DNA of 62,451 bases, counting the filler, from Hausera hauseri (taxonomy: Eukaryota), in the NCBI GenBank assembly GCA_046269625.1. It is 13 parts of 13 records of this genome, joined end to end, with 100 filler letters (N's around TTAATTAATTAA, not from the genome) between each part and the next. Parts side by side here need not be neighbours in the genome. Positions count along the whole stretch, not along the records: positions 24,613 to 28,681 come from JBJURY010782202.1; positions 28,782 to 35,354 come from JBJURY010085547.1; positions 35,455 to 40,089 come from JBJURY010494908.1; 10 more parts are not named here. One strand, 5' to 3'. Below, piece after piece: positions 24,613 to 38,900 of this stretch. The notes below the pieces were generated by a model. That model searched no databases and was not told where the DNA came from. It worked only from the letters and a program-made list of their open reading frames with translations. The number at the start of each line of letters is the position of its first letter. Position 1 is the stretch's first letter. Position numbers and translations under genes: made by a program.

Positions 24613-27600
24613 AATAATCAACCGTAATATGCCAATGACAACAAGTGTCCCAAAAGCAAATCAGATGTGCGGTTCCTATGTTTATTGCATACCCAAAGCA
24701 CATAATCCGCAACAGTGTCATAAAACGATGCAGCGATATTATGGATACAAATCCAAAAATATCCAATATTATATATGTCCAGGATGCGAAACTGTATGCG
24801 GTGCAGATTGCATGCAGATCTATTATGATTACAAACATCATTTGAGTCACTTTGCATTAAAGTCAAAGAAGGCCATATATAAGGAGCAATATAATATTTA
24901 TGCATCTGCTTCGCAGTATGATGCTTTGCAGTATGATGCTTCGCAGTATTAATCCTCGCATTATGCTGCAGGATCTGGTGCAGCAGCTGCGAAATAACTT
25001 AGAGAATTGAAACCCGCAGCCGCAACATGGGCATCAGGCCAATCAGGCGCAACATGCGCATCAGGCCCATCAGGACATAAGGCCCATCAGGCCCATCAGG
25101 TGTAGCGGCTCCAAAACAGTCAAAGAAAGCGGCCAGTTAATGCTGCAGCATTAAATATAAAATGCCGCAGCTATGTTATTGATACAACTGGCCAAACGAC
25201 GCTCCAATACTTTCCCTTATACACAAAGGACGAGACAGAGGGGATTCGCCAGGACAACATGGCGGAGATCAAAGCCCTTAAGTTGAATATGAAACTGCAG
25301 GCCACATACATCAATGTTGATGGAGAAGAATTCAATAGGGCCTTCAAGACCAAAAATAGACCCATATTGGAAAACAACAATATAGCAGAATGGATGCAAG
25401 AGGCGCACGAGAAGCTGATCCACAAGGCTGAGCAGAGCCAGGATAAGAAGTGCGGATGGACTCTGCAACCATCAAGAGATTGCTTATGTATGTGCACAAG
25501 TACTCTCCAATGCGGAATAGTTCACATATTCAACTTCCGGAATGGATCGTAGGAAAAAAGGCATGCATCAATGTCCTTAATGATGACAACAAGTGTTTCG
25601 TGTATGCCATTCTATCAAAACTTGTACGGGATCAACATAATGCTGCACGAGTTTGGCTATATAATAATGTGCAGCACAACTATGACTTCCAGAGTATCAA
25701 GTTCCCACCAACCATAGATGAAGTCAAAATTTAGGACGACTCAACAATATATCAATCAATATTATTGGATTGGATAAGGAAGATAAATTCTATCCTTTGC
25801 ATATATGCGATGTTGAATTGGAAGACCATAGGGATCTGCACCTACTAGATGATTGTGAAACGAAAAATTATATTTAAATGAAGAACTTTGAACGTATAGT
25901 CAAATCCCAAATTACGAAACATCATGGACAAATAAAAACATGTAAACAGTGCTTGGCCATTTTCAGTAGTAATGCAACAATGGACAAGCTTGAAGAGCAC
26001 AAGATCTATTGCAACAACAATTACTGTGTAAGGCCAAGATTTCTCAAGGGGGACTGTATTGAATTCAAGGAGTTCGAGAAGAAGATCAAGGTTCCAATAG
26101 TTATCTATTGCGACTTTGAAGCGATCCTGCGTCCAGTTCACAGCTGCACTCCCTGTCCTCAACATAACTTATAATATTGTATGTATGCCAAAGGACTGGA
26201 CAGTGAACAATATCTATTCAAAAATCCACGTGCAGCAGCACATTTCATGAAACGACTTTAAGACATGGCTCATAAGCTTGAAAACATGCTTCAGCAGCAT
26301 AAGGATAAGATGAGCATGTCGTGGAAACAAAAAGAAGAATGGCGCAAGGCAACAGTAAGTTACTTGTGCGACAAGTCCTTCACCAAGGAAAATTGGAAAG
26401 TCAAGGATCACTGCCATTTTACAGGTGCATATCGAGGGGCAGCATGCAACAATTGCAATCTTCGTTGCAAAACATGCATATATGTGCTGTAGTGTTCCAA
26501 CATCTCAGTGGCTATAATTCTCATTTCATAGTCCCAGAAATAGACAATATTGAAGGAAATGTTAAGGTGATCCCTAATAGATATGAGAAGTACATCACCT
26601 TTACCAAAAATGTTGAAAAAATCCGACTTCGATTCATAGACAGCTTTTGTTTCATATCGTCTTCACTTGACAGTTTAGTGAAGAACCTCCCTGCAGAAGA
26701 AATCTAGAACACGAAGCGATTCTTCCTGCTATATTTTACCTGGTTAAAAGAAAAGGCGTGTTTCCCTATGATTATATAACATGATGGGAAACACTGGACG
26801 AGACCTCCTTGCTAGCCAAGAAGAACTTTTACAATATCCTCTCTAATTGCGATATCAGTGATGCTGATTATTAGCATGCCCAAAACGTCTGGCATGCATT
26901 TCAATGCCAAACATTAGGGGAATATAGTGATGTATATCTCTAAACCGATGAACTGCTGCTGACAGATGTCCATGAGAGCTTCAGGGATGTTACATTGAAG
27001 AGCCACGCATTAGATCCTACTCATTTCTTTACGGCTCGAGGGACGAGTTGGGCAACAATGCTGCGCTATACTGGCACAAGGCTGCAGATAATTAAGGATT
27101 ACGACATGATCCTTATGTTCGAGAGAGGCATTAGAGGCAAAATATATCAGGCCATTCACTAGTATAACGAAGCCAACAAAAAGTATATGACTCAGTATGA
27201 TCCATCCAAGGAACTCTCAGATATATCATACCTGGATGCTAGCAACTTGTATGGATGGGCGATGAGCGTCCCATTGCCATATGATAACTTTAAATGGGTC
27301 GAGAATCCTGAAAACATCCATATATTGGACCTAGATCCCACTGGAGGTACGAACTACATACTGGAGACAGATATAGAATATCCAGTTTCTATCCACGCAA
27401 GGCATCAACAGCTGCCTTTCCTCCCTGAGAGCAAACCTCCGTCACATGAAAAGCATAGAAAGCTGCTCTGTCATTTGGGTAATAAGGAGATGTATGTAGT
27501 CCAGTACATCAATCTCCAGCAGGCAATTAGACATGGCCTTCGTATTACTATGATCCATAGAGCCCTGCAGTTTAGCCAGTTAATGTGGCTGCAGTCATAT

Positions 27601-28424
27601 ATAGATCTCAATAGGAAGCTGCGGATTAATGCCAAGAACGACTTTGAGAAGGATCAATTCAAGCTATACAACAACAACAGTGGTTTTGGCAAGACCATGA
27701 GTGAATATCCGCAACAGGATCAACATCGAACTGGTCTCTGAGTGGAAGCGAGCAAAGAAGCTCATTGCCAAGCCCAACTTCCACAGAAGCACCGTACATG
27801 CTGAGAACTTGGTTAGCATTTATATGCTAAAAACAGCATTTGTATTCAACAAGCCCATATATGTGGATATGAAAATATTGGATCTATCAAAGTCCTTGAT
27901 GTACAGCTTCCATTAGGATATAATGGTCCCCAAGTTCAAGTCCATACGCTGATGTATATGGATATTGACAGTTTCATCTACCAGATCCATACAGATGATA
28001 TTTATGAGGACTTTGCCGAATTGTCCCAACATATACCGCTGATTATCAGAAAGAACATCTCAACTATTCAATTGTCAATAAGAAAGTTCTAGGGAAATTC
28101 AATGACGAGGTGAATGGAACAATCATCTCAAGATTTGTAGATCTCAGGTCCAAAATGCATGCTCTAGACATATGTGGTCAGATCAAAAAGAGAGCCAAGG
28201 GCGTTCAAAGGGTTACACTAACCAGAAAGATTGGCTTCAATGACTATGTAAGAGGTCTGCCGGAGCAGACTAATATCATATCAAAAATGCGAAGGATCCA
28301 GTATAGGGATCGTAACATCCAAACAGTAACATTGCATAAGAAAACCTTAGATTGGATGGATGACAAGAGGCAGATCTTGAGCAATGGAATCCACATACTA
28401 CTTCAGGGACATGTGGCATTGTAA
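24613..28424 (+). pseudogene. polB: Polinton/adintovirus-type protein-primed DNA polymerase B, copy 1 (5' truncated)
   Basis: YCDFE, endonuclease VII-like KDHCHFTGAYRGAACNNCNL, GYNSHF, FIDSF, KGVFPYDY, YLDASNLYG, KLYNN..FGKT, LRSKM, DDKR; many stops and frameshifts. Confidence 0.93.
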
Positions 28425-28781
28425 ATATTGTTATTCATTGTTGTTCATTTTTTAATAAATGTTGTATAGAAATAACGTGTTGTTTTCTTGATTAAAGTAA
28501 TGTGGGATATAGGATAAGGCCAAGTAAAACAAAGTAACTACTATATAGGTTAAGACCAACTAATTTCATAGCACATTTATTTAGTACCAATATACCTTTG
28601 ACATAATGCTAAACACTTTTTAGTGTGTGTGTTTGTGCTTGTTTTTGCTTGTAAAATGTAAGTAACCTGAGAAACAACATANNNNNNNNNNNNNNNNNNN
28701 NNNNNNNNNNNNNNNNNNNNNNNNNTTAATTAATTAANNNNNNNNNNNNNNNNNNNNNNNNNNNNNNNNNNNNNNNNNNNN

Positions 28782-31380
28782 GTTATGTTATTTTATTGTC
28801 TTACGAAACGTTGTGACGATTAGGTTTCGTAATGGGATTTTGGAGGTAGGTCTGTACTAAATCTGCATTTGTCGTAGCACTTTCAGAATCATTTTGGTTG
28901 GCATTAAAGGATTAACGTTCTGATTGGAATTTGTCGCTGTCTTATGATTCAGTGATTTAAAAGGCACGGCTCCTCAATTACTCGGCTACTGCTTATGTCA
29001 TGGAGTAGAGTAGATTCCATCTTTAAAGATGAGTCTAAAGTGTGTATTGGTTCTGATTTAAAGATAATCTTCTCATATAATTCGACGGATTAAATTCATA
29101 AGGCGGGGAGTTAGACCTGACTATCGATCCGACGCGGCGATAGCGGATGCCTGGCCGTGTCCAACCAAATGGGCTAAAGGACACCTACCGCGGTGGACAC
29201 CACATCACCCCTCCCTTCGTGGCAAGGATAAACTATAAAGAGTAAAAGAGACAGAAAGAAAAAATTGCCAAACGAAAGAGTGTCAGTGTCAGCTAATCTT
29301 AGTGTGAACAAGACGTTGGGTACCTGATACTGATTTTTCCCTGCTATACATGCTAAATGTGATTCTGCGTGTTTTGTCTTTATGCGATGTGTTTGCTTGC
29401 AGAGTTTGAAGTTGGGGAGAAAGTTGTCAGATTTTGTTGTGAGTGTTGTGTTGTGCAAAACGAGTCAGAATGAAGAGAAGAAGAGGGTGAATGAGGAAGA
29501 GATATTGGCGGAGACGGATGGTTAAAGGTATTCAATAGAGTGTTAGAAGACGAAAGACTGACAAAAGGTGTAATGGCGGATGAAGAAGGAAAGACAAAAT
29601 TAAAGTAAAAATTGGACTTGTGTTAGGCGAAAGAGTAGAAGTAGAAAATGAGACAGGGGTAGTGGTAGAGATAGGAAGAGAGATAAGGATAGAAGTAGAA
29701 GGTGTAGGAAATGATGAAGCAGAGCTAGGAGCAGAAGGAGGTGGTGGAACAGGTGTAGCAATAGGTATAGGAATAGCAAAACGTGTAGGAGTGATAAAAG
29801 AGGTTCATGTGTCTATTTGTGAAATGTGTCAACAAAAAAGGAGGGTTTTAAGTTGGTGATATGCACTGTAAGTTCTTTGCCGTCATTAGAAATAATAGCG
29901 TTCTATGAATGCAGCTGCATCAGTTTATATGGCCCCAGATATCGCGGTTGGAAACCGCACGGCGTTTGATTCTTTAGTCATACGAATTTTGCCGAATACA
30001 AATCTTCGGGTAAATAAGTTTTTTCTTTATGGAGTAACCTGCAGAACGAATCTTTTCTGACCGTAACAAAGTGATTTTGCGCCGCTCGTATTGTTTCATC
30101 TGTAGGAGTGTCATCTAGGGTTGTTAGTCCAAATACTGATCGTACAGGAGCTCCGAATAAGGCTTCAGTAGGTGAGCATCCTGTAGAAGTAGACTGAATG
30201 TTCCGCCAGCCAAGCAGAACAAACGGAAGAAGATTCGTCCATCTAGTGTTGGACTCTGTAAGAATTCTTAGTGACATTTTCAATGTTCGGTGGAAACGTT
30301 CTAAAATGCCATTCAATTGGGGGTGATAAGGCGTAGTATGTATGTGGTTGATCCCCAATTGGTTAACAAGGGATTTGAACAGGTTAGATCCAAACTGTGG
30401 TCCCTGGTCCGTGATGATGAAACGAGGTGATCCAAACCTGCTAATCCATGTACGAATGAAACCGACAGCTATGGTGTCAGTATTTGTGCGCCGCAGAGGG
30501 ATGGCTTCTGGCCATTGCGAGGTACGGTCCATCATGGTGCGAATGAATTGATGACCGTTGTCTGGAGGAAGAGGGCCGACGATGTCAATATGCACGGATT
30601 CAAAACGCGATGTGCAGGGAAATTGGAATAGTGGTGGCTTTAAATGCTTAGTTGTTTTGTATTTTTGGCGAGCCACACACTCCTTAGCCCATGCCTGCAC
30701 ATCAGAACGAATTGACGGCCAAACTACTTGTCGATGGAGTAAACGAAAAGTGGCTTTAGAATCAGGACGGTGTAGCGATTGTACACTATTAAAGGCTTGC
30801 CTTTGCAACGGTGGTGCGAGGATTATTAAGGAATGGCTTGGTTTGGAAGTGTCTAAAGCCACACCGTCAACGATTGTGCATGAAGTGAAAGAAATAAGCA
30901 TGTACTGAAGTGGCTGGTTCTGTTAGAGTTGAGCTTGCGTAGAAAAGGTGAGAAATTAATCTAACTAACCGACCTAGATAAAAAGTCGGCAAACAAAATT
31001 ATTAAACCCATTAATATGTTTTATGTCGAAGTTAAATGTCGACAAGTATGATATCTGTCGTTCTTGGCGTGTGGAAGGATGTTTCATAGCCATGACGTTA
31101 AGTAAGGGTTTGTGCTTGGTTTCTAGATGCAGAATGGGCGCGGTCAGCAACAAAATCCCTTCACCGGGACAGGGAAAGCTCGTTCAATTTGTTGTTTATA
31201 TTGTTAATGGTTGCGTGTAGTGCGGTATTTTCAGCACGTAGCTGATTGAGTTGCTGTTCTAATGATGTTATTGGATTGAATGTCGTTAGGGGCAACTGTC
31301 GCCGAAACGACTAGTGGGGAATTTAATTGTAGAACATCGTGTGTCTGTTGTAATTTTATTGTACTAATATTGCTATAAAT
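28782..31380 (-). mobile_element. Ty3/Gypsy remnant, internally deleted; integrase 29978-30901; 3' LTR from 29204 toward the contig end
   Basis: DDE motifs HIDIVGP, ITDQG, LERFHR; gaagggaggggtga|TGTGG. Confidence 0.9.
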
Positions 31381-34369
31381 GAATAATTTTGGTTTACCCG
31401 TTCTGCTTACATATAATACGACATGTAATCTCAAAGTAGTGAGTCCTTCCGGCGGTCTGATCCTAAAGATCCAGCGCCTGTATAGTTATAATATTCCATA
31501 AATTGGTGCCTCAATATCTGAATACTATAGAATGTCTAAGTTGCATAGTAAGGGTAATCGGTTCGTTCCTGTCATTTATTGGTGAATCGGTATAAAGTTA
31601 TGCGTTTACCTCGATCTTACGCCTTTTAGATAATTGAATCCTGACCTTATGTTCTCGTTCGATATATGCCATTTATTTAAATACCAAAATGTTTCCTAAA
31701 CTTACCTCCCTGTTTATTATGACTATATCATTAAGGATTACCGCTCCTTGTACAGGTTCAAAAATAATTACACATCCTATATAGTCATGCTAAGTTAAGG
31801 AGTCCTGTATTAAATTATGGTATCCTGCGCCTTCGATTCAATATCAACCACGTTCCTACATCTCACCCTCTATCTTTACCTACCCTAACGTTTATTAGCC
31901 AACCATTTAATTTAATGGGATTAAACGAAGATCATTCAACCATCATCTAACCTTTACTTGTGCCCACCTATAGTGACCGGTTACTAAAAGTGTATGGTTG
32001 ACGTTCGTTACTTCAATCATTACACACGAAACCCTTGATTAGTAAATAATAGACACTATTATTTCCTCTATTTGTATGCTTTGTACATCATCCATTTACT
32101 TCTGTACTCTAGATATTTTGCATGCCCAACCATATTAATTTGACTTCTAATGGTTTTACTCAACCTATTCCCAGTGATTTCTAAACTGAATTCAAACTCA
32201 CTTCAATTCTATTTAGAGGCAATTATTCATATTCCAATAGAACCCAAAATACTTTGCGGCTATCATCATAATATCAAACATTCAGTTTGTTCAATGAATA
32301 AATGCTGGTCGCCATACATTTTCCTAGGAGACCGACCAGATTTAGTCTATTCTCATTATTACTTCAACCCTTCCCATCATCTTTGTAATTCCCCGTCTAA
32401 GTACACTCACAACTCTGTTACATTATCTGATTATTTAATAACCTATTCAATACCGGTAATGTCGCGATTCTTTTCATCATACTATGATACACTTATTACT
32501 TAAAGATTTATCTTCTGGTAAGTCGCTACGCCATTTGACCTTTAATATCTATAAATGCTTCCGCATTCCTTTTATCATCAGGATCGATTTCTTTTATTAT
32601 CAGACTCGGAGATTTTGTATATCTTTGCTACAACAGCATTCACTACAGTAATAACCATGGTCACATTTACACCGAATACTATTTCGTCAATGTGGACATA
32701 TATTGTATTGGTTTTATATTGACATTCGAAGATTAAACATAAGTGGTATGCATGAAATCCAATGGTATAAGAGCGACAACTTAAATCTACCCATTCTCTA
32801 CGTTCATGTGTGGTTGACCTATCATTTTTTGCATTCACCTTCGATATCTAAATGATTTTCGCATTATTAAGTTAGAGTTTGCCATTATCGAGAGGAAGTT
32901 CAGCTACTACCTTTACGAAAAATCAAATACAGCTATAAATAGCACAAGGATTATAATTACAAACGGTATTATATACATAAAACGGGATGGGTACCATTAC
33001 AGTCAATATTATATTGTAATCAGATAGTTCAGGACCGTTTATGAGTTTCCATCTGACTCACATATTGTCTACGGCAGGACATGTAGTTGATCATACCTGA
33101 ATTCCCTACAACCGTCAATCAGCCCAACAACAGTTCAAAACAATTTTATACAATTTACCAAATAAAATACCTCCAAACTACCATTGTCAACCTCGTTTCA
33201 AATCCGTCACTCATTACGTTTAACTTCGGGTATTAGAATTTGGTGGTAAATTCATAAATAGAGGAATGTATTTAACCCGTAAAATTGTTAAATAATACTG
33301 GAAGCAATTCATTCATAACACACAATGACATCTCGTCTGAGTCAGGGTCTTTTCACAATCGCATGTATTCAAATAATTTACTCTTCTCCTGGACGTCTTA
33401 CTGATCGCAATGCACGGTTGCCACGGCGAATATATATTGCTTTTTGAACCATGGTAGATTACACTTGGGTTTTTCTCCACGGACTGCCATTATCACGTAG
33501 AAGGCTTCCTTTGTTTCCTCACCACTTTAGCGTATTTGCTGTTAATCGCTCATAAGCCACCGACCAAGTGATTATATATTGATAAATGTCAAGCTTTATT
33601 AAAAACAAAGTGATTACATATATATACAAACTTTTGCGGCAGTAGTACCTCAAAACAATAAAATTTAATTTACCGTTTGCTTCCACTGTGGCATGGTTCA
33701 TTTAAGGATTCATTAGCCTCGACTTAAAATGAATGTAAAAATGACTGGTGATGCAAAACTGAATGAATTTCTTTATAACAGATTCCTGCCGACGTTGCCG
33801 AATATATCTTCAATAATTTATATGATAATCTGTGCAATAAGGCTATCAAATTATTATTAGATAAATCTCCTACTGCGATTCTCGATACTATGTCCTTCAG
33901 ACAATAGTTTGAGTTTCTGTAAGAAATTAATGTTCAAAGTTTGTTGAGTTATGTTGTGTATGAATTCGTGTGTTCTGCATTTTTAACTGACTTAAATACC
34001 AGTTCTATCATGCGTAGGCTACTTATGATAACACCAATTCTTTAAATTGAACACCGCATCTCACAGTGTGATTATTGACATTTTTAAAATCGCTGACATT
34101 AATCCCTTAAGCTATAACAGTGGTCATTTTCAATAATCAATCAAAATTTGACATTAATTCTATAAGCCAATTTGATAATTCACTATACTCGGCCTTCAAA
34201 GCACCAATTTGTGATATGATACTAATTTGTAATTCTAAAATTCGTAATTCTAAATCATATGTTTCATATTGTACTTTTGAATTTTACAATCTAACTCATA
34301 ATTTGTGATTCTAAATTGTTTTATTTACAATTGACTATTTCAACTATTAATTTCTAAACTACTGCCGCT

Positions 34370-34620
34370 TGGTTACAATTACGTACAACAACAGTGGAGA
34401 GAGATGATACCCATCACTCAGGGGTTTAACAAATAAAAAGAAGTAAAAGAGAATAAAAAATATAAAATTTATTTCAATATTGAATTGTCTTTTGTCAAAA
34501 TCAATTGTCTTTTGTTAAAATCAATAAAGCTAAATTTCGTCATTATTCTCGAACAAAGTTAGCTCAGTCAATCATTCGACATATGCAATAACCGATCATA
34601 ACATTTCTCCCCCTTTGAAA
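34370..34620 (-). mobile_element. PPT and putative LTR (TGT start at 34603)
   Basis: Minus strand aaagggggagaaa|TGTTATG, internal AATAAA, probable end ..GTAACCA at about 34370. Confidence 0.6.
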
Positions 34621-34716
34621 AAGAATTCGGTCCTCCGGATCCCTCTGGGTACTGACATCGATGAAACTGAGATTTCTGGGTCTAATTGTCAATGTTGCAT
34701 CGTTTACTGGATTCAT

Positions 34717-35354
34717 CTAATGGCATAATCGTTGGGTACGGTTATCGTAGGTGTAGGAGAAGTGGTAGTAGATTGATGGTTGACGGCAGTAAGGGCAGGA
34801 TATACCATTCTGAAATGTCATTCGAAGGGCATCTCTTAGATCAATGAATTGAAGGAATTGGGAACTAAGTTTGTTCAAATATGTTGCACATAGATTGTGA
34901 CTGCATTGAAATTGGACCACTGTTATTCTTTCAGTGAGACAAATCGTACACTCGTAAGTTGGAAGTTGATCGTAGAAAAGGATTTGAAATGTTGCCCAAA
35001 GATCATGCGGGGCTAGGTCGGAAATGAGGTCAATTGGACATCTGTTTAAGACTGGGAACCAATCTTCTTGTAATGACTGTGGTAGTGGAGGATTGTGAGA
35101 AATAGATGATGTAGGTGTTATTGAAGGTGCAGGTACTGGTAGTTCAGGTAATGGTCTAATAATCGGCTCAAAATAATAACGTGGATGCAATATTGAAGAT
35201 GGTTGACGTAGAAGAGACGTGACATTTATGTGGGGCAAAGGTACTTGGTAGGTAATTGGTGGTAGTCTAATTATTGTGGATGGACTAAAACGATGGATTG
35301 GAAATTTAATTCTCGTTGACAATTGTTGCTGTAATCGGAAGTATCTTGTTGGAA
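34717..35354 (-). CDS. Pro-rich protein with a C-terminal RING finger (open to the contig edge)
   Basis: CTIC..QCSHNLCATY..CPYC; one ligand Cys replaced by Tyr. Confidence 0.7.
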
Positions 35355-35454
35355 NNNNNNNNNNNNNNNNNNNNNNNNNNNNNNNNNNNNNNNNNNNNTT
35401 AATTAATTAANNNNNNNNNNNNNNNNNNNNNNNNNNNNNNNNNNNNNNNNNNNN

Positions 35455-35975
35455 CAGACAAACACTCACACAGGCAAACACACAGACATATATCTGAGCT
35501 ATACCTTTTCTCAGGTTAGTTGCACTTTACATATACATACAAGTACAAGCACATGCACACAAGCACGTACCATATAACTTAATCATTCATTTCGCAAGTT
35601 AATCACATTTCACTCACACAAGCACATACACACAAGCACAAACTATATATCTTAATCATTCATTTTTCAAGTTATTTACATTTTACATGCACTAGCATAC
35701 TGACATATATCTGGGATATACCTTTTCTCAGGTTACTTATATTTTAAAAGCACAGACATGCACACAAGCACAAACACTTACACATACACTATAAAAAGTG
35801 TTTAGCGTTATGTCAAAGTTATGTTGTTATGAAATAAATGTGTTATGAAATTAGTTGGCCTTATCCTATATAGTAGTTACTTAGTTTTACTTGGTCTTAT
35901 CCTATATCCCACATTACTTGGTCAAGAAGACAACACGATATTTTTATATAACATTTATTAACAATGAATAATAAT
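35455..35975. repeat. Conserved pPolB 3' flank with direct repeats (probable subterminal region)
   Basis: atatctg(a/g)g(c/a)tataccttttctcaggtta at about 35490 and 35706; homologous to 28425-28681 and 40290-40440. Confidence 0.65.
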
Positions 35976-35977
35976 AT

Positions 35978-38900
35978 TTAAAATGCCACATGTCCGTGAG
36001 GTAGTGTATGGATTCCATCACCCAGGATCTGCCTCTTGTCATACATTTAATCTTGGCTTTTCTTATGCAGTGTTACTGTTTGGATGTTATGATCCCTAGA
36101 TTGGATCTTTCTCACTTCCGATATTATGTGTATAATTCTCACATAGTCCTCAAAACTGATCTTCTTGGCCAAGGTCGCCCTTTAAACGCCCTTAGCTCTC
36201 TTTTTGATCTGACCACATACGTCTAGAGCATACATTTTAGATCTGAGAGCTACAGATTTCGAGATGTTTGCTCCATTCATCTCGTCTTTAAATTTCCCTA
36301 AGACTTTCTTATTGGCAAATGAAAAGTTGGGATGTTCCTTAGGATAATCCGAGGTATTTATGTGTTGAGCCAATTGGCCAAAGTCCTCATAAATGTCCTC
36401 AGTATGGATCTGATAGATGAAACTATCAGTATCCATGTACATCAACTGCATGGACTTGTATGTTGGGACCATGATATCGTAGTGAAATTTGTACATCAAG
36501 GTCTTTGATAGATCCAATACTGCCATATTCACATATATGGGCTTGTTGAATACCAATGCTGTTTTCAGCATATGGATTCCTACCAAGTTCTCCATATATA
36601 TTGTGCTGTTGTGGAAGTTAGGCTTAGCAATAAGATTCTTTGTCCGCTTCCAGTCATATACTAGCTCGATGTTGATCCTGTTGCGGATATTCTCCATGGT
36701 TTTGCCAAAACGCTGTTGTTATATAGTTTGAATGGGTCTTTCTCAAAGTCGTTCTTGGCACTGGTCCTCAGCTTTGTATTGAGATCTATGTATGACTGCA
36801 GCCACATGGATTGGCTGAACTGCAGGGCTCTATGGATCTTACTAATACGAAGTCCATGTCTATCTGTCTACTGGAGATTGATGTAGTGAACTATATACCT
36901 ATCCCTATTACCCAGATGATAGAACAGCTTTCCCTGCTTTCCATGGAGCGAAGGCCTGCTCTCAGGGAGAAAAGCCAGCTGTTGATGCCTTGTGTGGATG
37001 GAAGCCGAATATTCCATATCCACCTCCAGTATGTAGCCCGTATCTCCAGTGGGATCCAGGTCCAGTATAGGGATGTTTTCAGGATTCTCGACCCATTTAA
37101 AGTTATCACATGGCAATGGGGCGCTCATTGCCAATCCATACAAGTTGTTGGCATCCAGATATAATATATATGAGGATTCCTTTGTTGAATCGTATTCGGC
37201 CATATACTTGTTATTGGCTTCACTATACCGATGAATCGCATGGCACATTCCGCCTCTTATGCCTCTCTCAATCATAAGGATCATATCATAATCCTTAATG
37301 ATCTGCAGCCTAATACCAGTATAACACAGCATTGCTGCTCAACTCATTCCTGGAGCTGTAAAGAAATGAGCCGGATCCAAAGAATGGCTCTTCATTGTAA
37401 CATCCCTGAAACTCTCAAAGACGTCTGTCAGCAGCAGCACATCGATTTGGAGATATATATATTACCATGTTCCCCTATTTCCTTGCATTGGAATGCCTGC
37501 CAGACGTTCTGAGCATGCTGGTAGTCCACATTACTAATATCACAATTCGACAGCTGGCTATAAAAGCCCTCTTTGTCCGGCAATGAGGTGTCAACCAGTG
37601 ATTTCCATGAAGTTATATAGTCATAAGGAAACACTCCTTTCCTTTTAACCAGATCAAAGGTAGTGGGGAAGAATCGCTTCGTCTCCTTGAGTTCTTCTGT
37701 ATGGAGGTTCTTCACTAAACTATCCAGTGAAGACAACATGAAACGAAAGCTGTCTATAAAGCGAAGTCGGATTTTACCAACATGCTTAGTGAAAATGATA
37801 TACTTCTCCTCAATGTTTGGGATCACATATATTACCATCAATGTTGCCTAATTCTCGAACTATGAAATGGGAACTATAGCCACTGAGATTATGGAACACT
37901 ACAGGTACATATGTGCATGTTTTGCAGCGAATATTGCAGTTGTTGCATGCTGCCACTCGATATACACCTGTAAAATAACAGTAATTCTTGACTTTCCAAT
38001 TTTCCTTGGTGAAGGACTTGTCTCACAAGTAATATGTTCTTTTCTTGCGCCATTCTTCTTCTTGTTTCCACGACATGTTCATATTATACTTATGCTGCTG
38101 AAGCATATTTTCAAGCTTATGAGCCATGTTTTCAAGTCTTTTCATTAAATGTGCTGCTGCACCTGGATCTCTGAATAGAAATGGTTCACTGTCCAGTCCT
38201 TTGGCATACATGCAATACGATGAGAGTTCATGATATAGGTATGCCGTTGTGCTGCTGTGTTGAGGACTGGGAGTGCATGTCTGAACTGGCCTGAGAATAG
38301 CTTCAAAGTCGCAATAGACGACAATTGGGACCTTGAGCTTCTTGTCGAACTCCTTGAATTCAATATAGTCCTCCTAGAAAAATTCTGGCCTGATACAATA
38401 ATTGTTGTTGCAGTGCATATTGTGCTCTGCAAGCTTGTCCACTGCTGAATCCCTACTGTAGTGAGTCAAGCATCGCTTGCAGATCTCAATTTCCCATGAT
38501 GTTTCGTAATTTGAGATCTTACTAGACGTTCGAAGTTCTTTATTCAGATGAAATGCCTCTTTTTACCATCGTCTAGTAGGAGCAGATCCCTATAGTCTTC
38601 CAATTCAACATCGCATATCTGCAGGGGATAGAATTTATCTTCCTCATCCAATCCAAAGATATTGATTAATATATAGTTGATTCGACTGATCTTCTTGATT
38701 TTATCTAAGGATGGAGGGAATGTAATACACTGGAAGTTATAGTTGTGCTGCACATCCTTATATAGCCAAACTCGTGAAGCATTATGTTGATCTGGTACGA
38801 GTTTTGATAGAATGACATACATGAAACACTTGTTGTCATCAGTAAAAACATTGATGCATGCCTTTTTCCTTATGATCCAATCAGGAAGCAGAATATATGA

